Positions 23,597 through 39,276 of a DNA stretch of 64,000 nt are shown here, piece after piece. The number at the start of each line of letters is the position of its first letter. Within the stretch, counting starts at the first letter, position 1. The stretch covers positions 44,082,001-44,146,000 of the forward strand of contig CM060734.1 in assembly GCA_030704615.1 (NCBI GenBank). The letters are read 5' to 3'. The stretch is from Takakia lepidozioides. Its lineage: Eukaryota > Plantae > Bryophyta. The notes under the pieces were generated by a model. The model was not told the origin of the DNA. It made no database searches and saw only the letters and a list, made by a program, of their open reading frames with translations. The translations under genes were made by a program, and so were the position numbers.

Positions 23597-26500
23597 TGTG
23601 TGAAGCCATGGGAGTGATTTCAAATTGCCTCCCCCTTTTGAAGATGTTGCTGAAACAAACTGAAGTTCCGGATACTACTCCACGGAAAACTGATCATGGA
23701 GAGCAAATGCATAAGCAACAATACCCTGAGTACAACTTAGGGGAGGATTTTGAGTCCTTATTGGAATTTTTTGAAATCAGCACTGAAATGAATGGAGTTC
23801 CCCCACGATTCCAAATCAAGTCATTTCGGATCTGTCAAGGGAGAGGCTAGGCAACTGTTTGAGTCCAACATTAAGGACAAAAATGATATTACGTGGGTAG
23901 AAGCCACAGAATTGGCTTGCAAGCTCTTTCGTGAAGAAAAGCCCATAGCTTACACCACACCAAACTTAAAATTTCATTACAGCGACAGTGTGTGGAAATA
24001 CTACACTAACTTGCGAACTGCAATCTGTAAGTCGGTTTTGATTGCATCAGAGAGACCTGCTATTTTGAAACATTATTTTGTAAAGGGCTTGCCCCTTGCT
24101 GAGAAAGTGTTTCTGCAAAAACAGACTTACACCACTGAAGATGAGATGGTGGAATTGAGTTGAAGAAAGGTTACGTCTCAAAGCTGCCGAGGCAGGCCTG
24201 TCTAAAGTTACCAACACGAAACACACTCATCTGACTAGTGAGAGTCACTGTGTAGAGCCTACTGATGGGGACCCTGGGGTGAAAGGTATTGCAGAAGATC
24301 TAGTCCGTTCCATTGTGCATGAGTTGTCATCTTTTCGTAATGAAATCCAGGGAGAATTGCAAGCCTTTCAAAGATGAGGTAGGCTAGAACCCTACAGTCC
24401 CTGCCAAATCTGGGCCTCAAGGTAAAACCCATGCTGGCATTCGACATGACACCGGGACCTCAGTGGTGGCATGCATGATCTGCAAGTCCATCAAGCATTA
24501 CACCAGGTGGTGCCCTTACCAATCTGACTTAGCTGCCCTGATTGAACAGTTACAAAGAGACAAAAAATAGAAGGGTACTTTAAACGAACCTGGTCGTCTG
24601 TGAGGGTGCCAGATGACCATGGTAAGAACCCCAACACACTGGTAAGTGCTATTCTTTCTCGTGATTTCAAACTCATGCACTGTGAGGCCTATAAGTGCAT
24701 TAGTAGAGACTGGATCCACCCATTGATGACACAATGTCATGTGGGCCACCTTTCCTTTCCATGTGTTATAGATACTGGCTGTACCATGTCTGCCATTCCA
24801 CTTGGTACAGTTCGCATTCTTGGATTAAAGATTAGCTCTGCTCGTGGCCTTGTGGTTACCATAGCTGATGGCACGGCATATGAACCCATTGGGTTAGTCA
24901 CCTTACCTATCCGCATTAGTGGGGAAACTGTCTTGTTGACCTGCATTGTCACCATGGGTGAACAAATTTTGCTGGGTCTGGATTGGATGAAGGGTGCAGA
25001 GGCCAACATTGACATCATGAACAATCTTATGTGTCTTCACAATGGTGAAGGGCAACCTTACAAGGTGAGTCTAAGCCATGTTACTATTGCCACTGGGACC
25101 TCTATGGCCAACTATTCTCGTCTCAGGCTTCAAGCTGAGCAGATGAAGGAGCAGGTGGGTTTGCATTATAATTGGGCCAGATTCAGCCAGTTCCAACCAC
25201 TTGGTGATACTTTGTACCAATGGCCTTTCCCTCCACCAGGTAAGAAGTCTGGACCTCCCCTGCCCGTGGCAAAGAACACCCTGTTGCTACGTTCTCCAAT
25301 TGACTTCAGCATCCCTGCTTTTTCTCAGCGCATAGTACCTACAGGCTTAGCTTTTGCTTGCCCTGCAGGTCATTTCCTTGAGGTTGAGGGCTGGAAAAAA
25401 CTTACCCTCCAAAAGCACTGTCTGGTTTGCTTCTGGGGTTTTAGACAGGGGATTCAAGGGTGAGGTCACGTTACTGATTGCTAATCCTGAACGCATCAGC
25501 ATCAGTGTCCGCAAGGGTCAGGTCCTTGCTAGGCTCACTGCTTCTCCTTTGTCTAAGCTGGCCTCTGTTCAAAAAGGTCTCAGTCTTCATGATATTGGGC
25601 TGGTGGACTCCCCTGTGGACCAACTCCAGGCGTTTGCCTCTCATTCTGGTTCCACTGACAAAGGCCCGCTTACTCCTGAAGCAGAGCAACATTTCCAGCA
25701 AGTCTTAAAGGATATCAAGGTGGGTGATCACCTTCCAATAGATTAATCGCCTGCACCAGTTTCTACATGACAATCTCGACATCTTTAGTCAAGGGCTTCA
25801 TGACTTTGGTTCGCACCACCCTTCTGGATCATGACATCATCACGGATGGTAAGCCTATCAAACAACATGCTTACAGGGAGAGTGTTCGTGAGCACAAGGT
25901 CATTCAGGATGAGATTACCAAAATGCTTGATGCTGGTGTAATCACCCCCTCCATATCCCCTTGGGCCAGTCCCATTGTCTTGGTGGGTAAGAAGGATGGC
26001 TCAACCCGTTTTAGCGTTGATTTTTGGCGTTTAAATGCCATCACAAAGATGGATGTTTACCCTTTGCCATGCATCAATGAAACGCTTGATCAACTTAATG
26101 GGGCCACTATCTTCTCTTCCTTATATTTAGCCTCTGGCTTTTGGCAAGTTCCTTTAATTGCTGCTGCTAAGGAGAAAACTGCCTTCACCTGCAGGATGGG
26201 CCTCTTCCAATTTGAAACAATGCCTTTTGGCCTTTGCAACACCACTGCTACATTTCAGCGCCTTATGGATGTAGTTTTAGGAAACCTTTGTTTGGAGTGT
26301 GCCTTGGTTTACATTGATGACATCAACATTTACTCTACAACGTTTGATGCTCATCTGTTGGATTTACAGCGGGTTGTGTGCAGACTTCGTGCAGCCGGGC
26401 TTAAGGTTAAAGCCAAGAAGTGTGATATTTATATGGAACAGCTCCATTTCTTGGGCCATCTGCTTTCTGCTGCTGGCATCAGTCCTGACCCTGCTAAGAT

Positions 26501-28629
26501 CCAAGATGTGTGGAACTATCCAGCCCCTCGGGATAAAACATGCGTTAAAGCCTTCTTAGGCTTGGGTTCCTACTATCGTCGCTTCATTTTTCAGTTTGCC
26601 AAACTAGCTGCTCCACTCACTTGCTTGTTATCCAAGGATGCTCGTTTTGTATGGGGTACTGCTGAAACGTCCGCATTTGAGAAGCTCAAAATTGCACTAA
26701 CCTCTGCTCATGTGCTTGCTTATCCTGATTTTACCTTGCCATTTATCTTGCAAACTGATACCAATGATCTAGATATCTCTGTTGTGTTGAGCCAGATTCA
26801 AGATGGTCAGGAACATGCCATCGCCTACGCCTCTCACCGCCTTGATAAACATGAGCGCCATTACTCTATCACTGACAAGGAAGGCCTTGCAGTTATCTTT
26901 GGAGTCAAATATTTTCGGCAATATTTACATGGTTGTCATTTTACCATTGAAACTGATCATCTACCTTTAAAAGCCTTGCTAACCCCTTGTGAACTCACTG
27001 GCAGATTAGCTCGGTGGGCTCTCATTCTGCAAGGCTATGACTTTACCATCTTCTACAAGCGTGGGAAGGATAATGTTAATGCAGATTGACTCAAGGCGAA
27101 TCCAAAATCCCTGCACCTTACACTACCTTAAATGATCTAGTCTCCCCTGTTGCACGATCTCCATCACCTGCTGTGCCTATTTCAGATCCCTATGGCTTGT
27201 GTCATTTGCTGGACTATCCTTATGTTCCTCCAGATTTGCTTGACACTTGGGATCTTCTTCAGTTTGATGTTGGTTGACTCTCCCCTGGTATTGACATGAA
27301 TTCTGGTCTGGTATCCTGCAGATGGGTCTGGTACTTTCCCTTACCTTAGAACTGCTCATCTTGTCTTGCGCCTGCCTTGGTTTGTTTCCTGACCGAGGGA
27401 CTGAACTGAGCCTTACAGCCTGCTTGCCTCCTCATAGGCAGCCAACTGAAAATGAAGTCAGGATTACGAAAGGAAGAGAACGGGGGCTGCCACTTTCTTC
27501 TCGCTTGCACTAACCTGCTGTTATGTGGCCATGAGTGATGTAGGCATGGATGATCCATTATACGATGCTCTTCTCCACAAGTGCAAAACCGGCACCCACC
27601 TTAGTGACATATCCAAGCTGCTCATGAGGCAAGTCAACTATCACTTATCCAGCCACCGGGAAAGTGAAGGGAGATTGTTCAGAGTCACTGCTTTGGAAGG
27701 TACCTCTGCTGTGGAAGTCCCTTCTAGGTCCTCTGTCCCTGCTTTGCTCGAATTGTACCATGCTTCTACTTATGCTGGCCATTTGGGGGTTGCTAAAACT
27801 GTCAAGAGATTACAGGAGCAGTATCACTGGAAAGACTTAGTTAAAGATGTCTCAGCTATCAATGCAAGGTGTGTGCCCTGTCATGCTAAAACCATCCTAC
27901 CTAGAACCGAAGCTCCCGTACCTCTGCAGCCAATCCCGGTGACTGAACCATTTGCCAGGGTTGGCTTAGATCTAGTCGGACCCCTTAAATCCACGTCCAA
28001 GGGCCATGCATACCTTGCGGTTGCAACGGACTACCTGACGAAATGGGTTGAGCTCCGACCTCTGGTTGCTAAGGATAGTGATGAGGTGGTGCAGTTCTTC
28101 TTTGATAAGGTGATTCTTCGTCATGGTTGCCCTCTGGAAATCCTCACGGATCAAGGTACAAAATTCTGCAACCAACTTATGGAGATTGTCTTGTTTAAAT
28201 CTCAACACTAAGCATGCCGTTACTGCTCCCTACAATCCCTAATGCAATGGTTTGACAGAACGATTTAACAAAACTATATGCCAGATGCTCGAGAAGAATG
28301 GGGCACTCATTGATGAATGGGATATTGCTGTGCCTATTCTGCTCTTTGCCTACAGGACTTCTATCCATGCCAGTACCAAAATCTCACCTTTTGAACTTTT
28401 ATATGGTAGGAAATGTAGAACTCCTTTATATATCTCCTGGCTGCAAGTCTTGGCTACTGAGCCTGAAAATTGGGAAGTCTTTTTGCTTTCCATGGATGCT
28501 AGACGACGTAGTTTGCGGGAAACTGCAAAATCTAAATTATGTTTGCCCAAGCTGCTTAGGCAAAGAATTACAACCGCCGTGTTATGTATTCTGAGTCATT
28601 CAAGGTAGGCCAGTCTGTTTGTGTGAGGA
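23597..28629 (+). mobile_element. Degenerate Ty3/gypsy gag-pol with a dUTPase-like domain between protease and RT
   Basis: Gag remnants; CMICKSIKHYTRWC (~24470); VIDTGC protease; dUTPase-like ~25285-25545; RT (SPWASP...VYIDD); RNase H (LQTD...KEGLAV...ETDH); integrase (H..H..CVPC, GLDL, LTDQG, TERFN). Ends at FKVGQSVCVR. Several frameshifts and stops. Confidence 0.92.
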
Positions 28630-31548
28630 TACACCTTGTAAATTGCAGCCCAGCATCCAATGCGGCCGCGAGAGCACGGGTTTCCTCCAGTCACCCTAAA
28701 TCCGCTGCAAAGAGGCCATTTGGGACAGTTTCTGGTTGTACCTGCAATGAGGAAGTCATTGTGACTTGATTGTGGATGTGACATTCAAGCAGAAACACAG
28801 TTCTATCAAACCCTTCCAATGATCATACACATCTGGTTTAAGGAATGCTTACTCAGTATATCAGCATAAAAATGCACCCAATCAAATGGTACTGAGTCTC
28901 AAATCTCAGCACCAGCAGTTAGTTGTCAAACCTGAGAGGGACCGCTGTCATCATACTGTGTACCCATATCCTCCAGGATATTTGCGTTCACATCTCCATT
29001 CTCAAGATCAACACTCGTATTCCCTGTTCTTCCATCACTCATGTCACTGTTATGTCCTTCATCCAAATCAGATACGCCCTAGTGAGAGAGGCATTTGCCA
29101 ACTCCAACCCCAGCAACTTCACCTTGTATTGTTCCAGTGTGGCATCAAATGCTGCAATCCTGAGATAGGGGCCAAATGGATTGTAACAAAGTAGTGTGGT
29201 AAGCTATTGAAGAGCACTCTTTCTCACTAAGCTTGCTTTGTCTTCAAGCCTACCAGCTGCAATTTCGGTAACAAGGTTCCAAAGCCCAATGGAAACAGCA
29301 CTCTCCTCCTAACATAGGCTTGCCCATGTTTGAAGAACTTTGCTACGAGTATAAGGACTCTTATCCCTTACACGCTCCAGTAGAAGATCCAGCATACCCT
29401 GTTGTGCCAAATCAAATCAACGAGTGTTAGTCACTCAGAGCCCATGTTTGGAAACTGTTACACAATTCCTTTCACACCTAGCAGCACTCAATCAATTGCA
29501 ACAAAATACATATGCACAAGACTACACTCCAGATCCACGTCTGGCAGACTCAGGTAAGCTTTAGTTCAAAGAAATGAAATGAAATGAAATGGAACTTCAT
29601 AACGTCCACAAGGGGACTAAATGGAGCATAAAACTCCGGAAGAGTTTCCTCACCTGCTTGCTGCGCAGCCGTGTCATTTGATCACCAAAAGCATTTTCAA
29701 CTGCAGGTTCTTCACTATATCTCACAACGAGCTTACCAATCACTTGAACAAGGGCACTCCTCATTGTATGCACCTTCCCATCCAGGTGTGGAATAATGAC
29801 ACTCAGATTCACAGCCACGAGCTTTGGCTGGTGGTCAGCCATAGCAACAAGGAATTTACCTACATACTTGGCACCTGAACGGTCATGAGCAAAATCCTCT
29901 GGGTTGATATGCCCGATTTCCTGTAGAACAGCCACAGCCAGGCTGGCATAATGATACTTCTTCTCAGCCAGGGCCACCAGATCCGCGAGGTGTACAGACA
30001 GGTGCTTATACTGGTGTAGCAGATTCACAATTGCTGATGTCACTACGTATTGGTATTTTGCAGCACATGCAGCCACAATGTTGCAGAGAGCTTCTTTGAG
30101 CTCCTTCTGTTTCAAATGGGAGGGGTTTTCCAGCAGCGAGAATGCAACCCTGCCATTAACAGCATATCTTAGCATCAGTACACCTTTGGAAACAGGATAC
30201 ACTGTAATAAACAACTGACATGAAAATGCCTTACCATGTGGTGGATTTTCAGTTGCACAGCACTAGACACTGCTGTCACAGACCATGGAATATCTCAAAT
30301 GCAAGTGATGCATGCATGTGTCTCTCCTTGCATGTTTCCTCACGCCCCAAGATAGATCTCAGTTACTGGGTGTTTTGAACCTACTTGCATATGTATACAC
30401 CCACCCGAGGAAAATACCCAGCCCCAACAACTGCCTGCATCCCATTCCACCCCCGCTGTCCACCGTAAAGCATGTCGATGGATAGAACCACTTCAGAGAG
30501 ATGAGGAAGCAAGTATTCACAGAAATCACAAGTCAAATGATCTTGCATTAAACAGGTAACAGTGGAATGCTGCTCTACTCTGGATTCAGTGAGAAACAGA
30601 TACTTCAGGTGGTGGACTGACTGCCACTATTATACAATCCTGCCATCCAAGAACGTAACATCTCTGTTCCTTTCCATTCTATAATTTTTTTTTTTCCCAT
30701 CATGATTTCGTTCTTTTCTTCTTTTGTCCCACAAGCTCTTTGAGCTTTCTGCGGACGCTATAAAGAACCATTTCATTTCTTTCCTTTTTTTCCAAGAAAG
30801 GTTAGTTACATGACTCACCTAGCAAAGAAGGCAACCAGACCATCTTCTGGCTGAGACATTGCATATAGTCGTCAAAGGTCAACTTGCAATGCAGTGGCAA
30901 GTAGACCAACAATACGGGTCCTATGAATATCCCAGTTCCACTCTGTAGCCACATGCTTCCTCCCCGACTGCTTCTTCTGCATCACACCATAGTCACCACC
31001 TTTCGGGGCTTAAATGTCACAATAATCCAATGACTTCTGAAACTAGTTTCTGAACTTCCTCGTACCTGCATGAATCTTGCAGGCTGGTGGTTGTAGATAA
31101 GCATTGTTGAAGACTAGCCCAACTGAATCACTTATAGTGATTTTGGGATTCTAGAAGAGTACTCTCAAGTGTGTTATCACAACAACTTGTAGGGCAGAGG
31201 ATCAATTCTTTACTTTGAAGATTTGACAGATCACAGATCCTGTCTTAAGTTTTACTTTCATGTGAATATCATGACAAAATATTTACTGTGTCTGGAGGTA
31301 ATATGACTTCCATTTACCCACCTTCCCACTGTGCCTGGTCCTCCGGTCTCCTCCAGAACAAGAAGTGAGTGCAAGAAGTAGGCATAGATTTTGAGTGCGT
31401 TTCGATGTGACTGGACTTGCTGCCACATGTACATGGCATCCTCATGGGAGTCCCCAGCAGTGAAGGAGAGTGCCAAAAGGGAGGGATTGACCAATTTAAA
31501 ATTGGAGCACAGGCTTTCAATCAAGATGCCTTTTGCGATTGGTCCTAA
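28630..31548 (-). pseudogene. CAP-D2: Truncated condensin I subunit CAP-D2 (Cnd1) gene fragment with introns
   Basis: Exons ~31300-31548 (LIESLCSN...SHRNALKIY), ~30838-30980 (WNWD...), ~29651-30151 (MRSALVQVIGKL...RLRSKQ) and ~28630-29399 (LLERVRDKSPYTRSKVLQ...GRLEDKASLVRKSA...NPFGP...LDAGLQF). In-frame stops; truncated at both ends. Confidence 0.85.
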
Positions 31549-31920
31549 TATTCTAATAGCTAGTTTAGGATTAGATTAGGATGGGACTGGGCGATCTGGC
31601 TTCTTTCTATGGCTGTGCTGGAAGGGCATCTGGTGGACCTATATGTGAGTGCCACGCGGCACTAGGATTAGATTATGACCTAATACTATTTAAACCTCAC
31701 TGCCGTGACAGTGAGGGTGGTGGCTTTTGGGTCTTACGCTAGCGTACGCTGGGTGTAACGGTGTGCTTGAGTGGGTGGATGAAAGTGTTTTTGGAGGTCT
31801 CTGTCTGTGGTGTCCTCTTGGTGAGATTCCGTCTTTGCCAGGCCCCATCTATCGACTACATTCCCCAGATAGGATTAAGTCCGGTAGAGGAAGGGGAACA
31901 AACCCATTGCGCCGGAATCA
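31549..31920 (+). repeat. LTR (probable 3' LTR of the dUTPase element), lacking its first 5 bp
   Basis: About 97% identical by eye to the reverse complement of 18341-18723; ends at the same ...CCGGAATCA; no PBS after it. Confidence 0.85.
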
Positions 31921-32395
31921 GGCTTCACAAGGCAAATAGCAGAATATAAGAATTGCTGAAGCTCATGTTTCAGAGTAGCGAGGTTTAAATGGTAGGGTGG
32001 AAGTAAGGCAAGTCTTCAAGGCGAGGGGGTTCACTGATCGGGCTCAATGGTCTAGGGAGCGAGGATGCTCAGCTACACCCACATTTAACTCACAGCTTAT
32101 TGAGCAGAGAGCATCAGTGCCATGATTTCAACTATGCAGTAGTTGAAATGGGACTCTGAATTTGGAAGACTTGTTTATGAAAACACAGTCACAGTACAAA
32201 AGAATAGTGTCACAACATCATACAATCATTGACAACACTCTTGCAATCAATCATGACCCTTGTTTTATTTCTTGAAGTGCCCACCCTACAAGCGATAGAA
32301 ATGAAATTAAAATAGATGGCCAGGAAACAGATGTCAGGTTGCAACAGCACTTGACGTATATTCAAATGGTTGAATGTATTTCAGTCGGACCAGTA

Positions 32396-34527
<2,132 letters not shown>

Positions 34528-35130
34528 CGGATACAGAGGGAGACCCAGAAGTTGGATTACGCTGACAACCCACACACAGCCTGTGTGTGGGATGCACAGC
34601 TGCAGATTCAGGAGCAGCCTTGAAGGAGTATCAAAAATGCCGTGAGGTACAGGCAGCGGGGCGGGATCCTTCACGGGATATGGGTTCGGTGGGGGAAAAG
34701 CTGGTTACCAAATTTCCTCCTGTGATCGATGAGGAGATGATCGATTTAGAGAAAGAGGAGGGCAGGTCTGATGGCAACCACCCTAATAAACCCGCGAGCT
34801 TCTTTCGAGATATGGAAGATCAACTTTGCATTGTCAAATCATGAACGAACGAAGGAACGAACGAATACAAGCTCAGTGGGAACATCCCCAGGGTGCCCAG
34901 CTTTATCATATACAGGGGTCAACTGAGATGTACTCTAAATATAACAGATGGAACCTTTGTTTCGGGAATCTCGAGTCCTTACTGCACCACCATTCGTTGT
35001 TCTTTGCATCCTGGATGATGTGATGATGTTTGTAAAACCGATCTCTCTCACTCTTGTTTGATTGATACACACAATTCTGCGTAGAGTGACCTCAACACTT
35101 CCGTACGTATTTCCGTTGGAGAAAATTGGA
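34528..35130. promoter_or_regulatory. Short divergent intergenic region (candidate bidirectional promoter) between CLPP2 and PRA1.H
   Basis: Head-to-head start codons ~600 bp apart; individual elements not mapped. Confidence 0.45.
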
Positions 35131-38100
35131 ATGGCTTTCGTGGAGAATCCGCTGTCTTTATGTCTACCTCAGGAAACCTTCGAAGCGTGGCTGCGAGATA
35201 AGGGCTACTTAGAAATTCTAGACCGACGTGTACTGGATCATGCACTTATGGCTGGACAGGGTTCATTTGCCGCCTGCTGGAGGATTTTGAAAATAAATCC
35301 ATTTGCCAATCTTACAGTGGAGGACCTTTTTAGAAAACCTCTGTCATGGACTGGAGAGTTTTTCGATTGTGGGCTCGGACCGCATGAGACGTATTCTTGG
35401 CCTCGAAGCTTAACACAATCAAAGCTACGGATGGAAGAGAACGTAAAGATATACACGGGCAACTATTTTGTTCTTACTCTCCTCATTTTTATTTGCTTTC
35501 TGTAAGTTTTTCAAACCCCTCCGTCTCGTGCGTCCTTCAGATTGATTGCTATGGTTTCTGATATTGGGATTAGGGTTAAGTCCGTTGCCTGGTTGTTTTT
35601 CTCCTTTCCTCTATCAAAGGACTTCTGTGATCTTACTATTTTACCCTGTAACCCAATTGTGAGCAGCTGCATGCAAACGCCTTGGAAATTTCCATCTGGG
35701 TTTCATGACGTTGTGCGTTGCAACTCCACGACCAGCTGTGGGAGTTTACTATCTGATATGAACCATGGTTGCGATAAAATGTTGGGGCAAGCATTTTCGT
35801 AGCATGAGTAGATTGGAGCCACCGCCCTTTGTTTTCCATCCTCCTCCGTTCGAGGCCAATATGTTGTTTGTCATTCACATCAAATGAATTGGGGCACATA
35901 GTTGCAGGCGTACGATATCTGTACCAGGATACTTGCTAGCGATAGTTTCTTAAGCCAGGAAAAATTGCAGAAGCAGAAGAACCCACCAGTCATTTTGGTT
36001 GGTACATACAAAGTCCTGTCTGACCCCAGAACAGAAGCCACTAGTTTCCCATGGAGTGATTATTTGGGGGAGTGCAAGAGTGGGTATGTTCTTCTTGAAT
36101 TCAACCGACAATTCTGGTGTACGGAAGGTTTACCACAAGAAAACTGGGACATGATTGAAGAACTGGGTTTGTTGTAGATGACAGAAATACCATATATACT
36201 TTAACTAATCTTGGGTCTATGGACACAAGGCTATGGCAAACAACGTCTTATGAGTACATTCTCCCTTGCATCCACATCAAAGTTATGCTACGATGAACAA
36301 CTTTTGTAGAAGAAATGGAGGAGCAGATTAAATTTGTCCAAGGGTCCCCTTCTGCTCCCCTCCCCCTCCCCCTTCTCCCCACTCTTGTGCAGCAGTCACA
36401 CACTTGCATTGGTGGTTCAGTCTGTCATCTTTATCTGGTGCAAACTATGGTGTATTTTTCCTTTGTTACGATGTTTCTGTGCGCATAATGGAAGGATGGG
36501 CGGGTGTGAGCAGGTATAAAATGCCGTTGGCGCTGCTTGGGCTTGTGTCATTGATGACTGTGTGGGATACATTGAGACAGGCTTGCAATACCTGGGGCCT
36601 TGAACAGCACAGTGTGTCCTATCGGGTGCTTGTTTTTCTTGCAAATATATGTATGTAGTCTAATCCCCACTTCCAACTTTTGTCAGTGTCTTTGTTGAAT
36701 TGAGAACCTGATATTCACAAGTCTTTCCGTAAACTGTGATGCCATATGCCTTTACTCATATGCTTGAGTGAAAAGAAGCACAGTCTGGGGTCCGAGGAGC
36801 TTTTAGTTCAGTATATCTTCATAGAAAGAGAATTTATTCACCGCAGGAAGCAGTGTTCTGCTGCTGGACGTTGGCTTTGGTAATATGTTGCTTCTAGATG
36901 TATTGACTATCATCGAGGCTGTAGTCTTTTCTCTGCTCTAGTTGTGTGTTGTTTAATGTTGGTCCATTGTTCTCTCTAAGTCTTTTGCTGCTTCTTTAGT
37001 ACAGCATTCAGTGTTGCCTTCAATATGGTCTATGTATTTACTCAATTAGCTAGCTTTGAAGTGTAAGCTTGGAGAGAATCACTCTTAGATACATATTTCT
37101 AGCAACATTGATTCAACATATGCATACTAGAAAGACAAGTTGAAGGATGTTGTCCATATACTTGGGAGTTAACGAATGCACATAGCTATGCAAAGAGATT
37201 AGTTACAGATTGCTCATTGGACCATGGCTGTTTGAGTGTGCATTGAGGGGGTGCAGTGACGATGGTATTGATGGTCTATTGCAAAGTAGCTGCGGCACTC
37301 TGTTGGGCTGGAATTACCAGTTTTTTAGGTGCACTTTCCTACTCACTCTCTTTCTCTCTTCTTGTATATGAGGAGCTGCAATATGTCAGTACAGAGCTTC
37401 TAATTGACTAAACAGGGTTTCAAGTTTGGTTAGTTTATGCCTGTATCGATAGTGGCTTCTTTCTCATTGTGCTAATGCTTGGCATTCAAAATCAAGTGCT
37501 AGGGAGTGCATTGTATGGATGACCTTGTTTGCCGTAGCCTTGTGGCCATAGACCCCGCGCCCAGTTTGGGTGGATCAAAATGGAACGCTCACTCCGATAG
37601 TGGGACTTACCATGATATAGACAATTGGTTTGGGCTTTGCAGATATCCTCTAGAAAGCCCTTCCACAAGCATCAATCTACTGTGTGGGAGAGAGAGATTG
37701 ATGAGGCCCACTATTGTCCCTAACTAGTTGGATCTCTCTTCCACCATGAAATTGACTACACCCTTATAGATTATCATCATCATGGCATCAATTAATCCAG
37801 GATTCTGACTATGCCCTGTACCCAGCACTGAATGTACTGATAAGATTGTCCCTAACTAGTTGAATTTCTCTTTCACGATGAAATTGATTACACGCTTATA
37901 GATTTTCTTCATCATGGCATCAATTAATCCAGGATTCTGACTATGCCCTGTGCCCAGCACAGAATGTACTGATAATACTTTGTTTGCTGTAGCCCAGCAC
38001 AGAGATAGCAGGAATGAAAGAGAGTGCTGACAGGTGCGGAGTGTATTCTGTGTTGCAGTTGTAATATTGCACAGTTCCTTGCGACGAACCATGCCCTCCA

Positions 38101-38144
38101 AAAGTCTGCAAAATGTGCTGAAGCCGCACCCAATCTTTGACTAA
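35131..38144 (+). CDS. PRA1.H: PRA1 family protein H
   Basis: Exons 35131-35501, 36514-36650, 37257-37328, 38059-38144. Motifs MAFVENPLSL...FEAWLRDKGYLE...INPFA...WTGEFFDCG...RMEENVKIYTGNY and ILHSSLRR. Confidence 0.88.
37713..37975 (+). repeat. Intronic tandem duplication (2 x ~132 bp)
   Basis: ATTGTCCCTAACTAGTTG...GAATGTACTGATAA at 37713 and 37845. Confidence 0.9.
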
Positions 38145-38730
38145 GGTTCTTGGTGCTTGGCAGCCTTATGTACTTTAGTAAAATTTAAGATTTATTTAAC
38201 TTAACTGGATCAGTCCCAATTGGTCTCATTTGTTTCGTCACAAAGGCAAGAATAGTGATGTAACATGAATCTGACCCCTGGAAAGAAGCATAAATATGCT
38301 CTTGTCAAGAGGAGAGTTTTGATTTGCTCTCAAGTTTTTATACAATAACTGCCATAATCCTACTGGAGGCTTGGGATGGAGTGGCTGTTTGTGGTGCCTA
38401 CCAAAAGGCACCGTGTGAATGTTGAGAAGCGTGAGAGATGTCGGCCAGACTGTTACTGGCAGTGCAATTACAGCCATATGGTGCATCTAATGTGGGGCTA
38501 CAACAGCAGTGGCGAGATCAACATTCACAGGGTCGAGAGGGACAAACACAGACACACACAAATCTTATCCATAATGGAACTGCATGTTCAAATATGCATC
38601 CCCCCAGATGGGATGCAAATAATCCCCTGTTGTGATGGTCATTTGTCATGACCTCAAGAAGAAGACTACAAGCTTCTGCTTGGAAACATATGTGCATGGA
38701 CACAAATCCAGAAGGCCCATCTCTTGTTTT

Positions 38731-39276
38731 TCATACTGTGGTTGGTGTTCCATGGTTTCCTGGTGGACGTTGAGGTGCACTCTTCACGGGATAAATGGTC
38801 TTCATGGCCCTGTGAAATTGCTCCAGTTTATCAATCCTGATATCCTGAAACTTCACCTTGAAGGTCGATTCCTTCTTCAGCCTAATCATGGTGTCACACC
38901 GCTCCTCCAGATTCTTTTCGAGCACGCCAACCTTCCTTCCAAGCTTCCCAACCTTCGCTCCAATCTTGGCTATCGTTGCATCCCACTGGGCGATTGTGAG
39001 ATCTTGCTCCTCAACCTTCGCTTCAAGCTTAGCGATGGCGGCTTCCCGCTCCTGAACCTTAGACTCCAAGTTCTCCATCCTCCTGTCATAACGCTTCATT
39101 GCCTTCAAGAAGTGATCTTGCTGCACATCGTTTGTCAGCACATCCAGCCCGCCGAGTGAACATAACGTAGAAGCAATCTGGGTTTCTTCTTGCGGCTCCC
39201 TTAGCACTTTTCGAGCAGAAGCTTTGCTTTGCTTCCTCGATGATGTACCCTGCTCAGTCAAACCGGCTTTTCCCAT
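38731..39276 (-). CDS. Hypothetical coiled-coil protein (181 aa)
   Basis: Single open frame with heptad repeats (LESKVQE/LEAKVEE/IGAKVGK/LGRKVGV); no family recognised. Confidence 0.45.
   Translation of the reverse strand: MGKAGLTEQGTSSRKQSKASARKVLREPQEETQIASTLCSLGGLDVLTNDVQQDHFLKAMKRYDRRMENLESKVQEREAAIAKLEAKVEEQDLTIAQWDATIAKIGAKVGKLGRKVGVLEKNLEERCDTMIRLKKESTFKVKFQDIRIDKLEQFHRAMKTIYPVKSAPQRPPGNHGTPTTV

Noticed and set aside
32125-32149. 10-bp hairpin ATTTCAACTA/TAGTTGAAAT downstream of CLPP2
   Set aside because: Single AT-rich stem, too short for a miRNA precursor, no other support.
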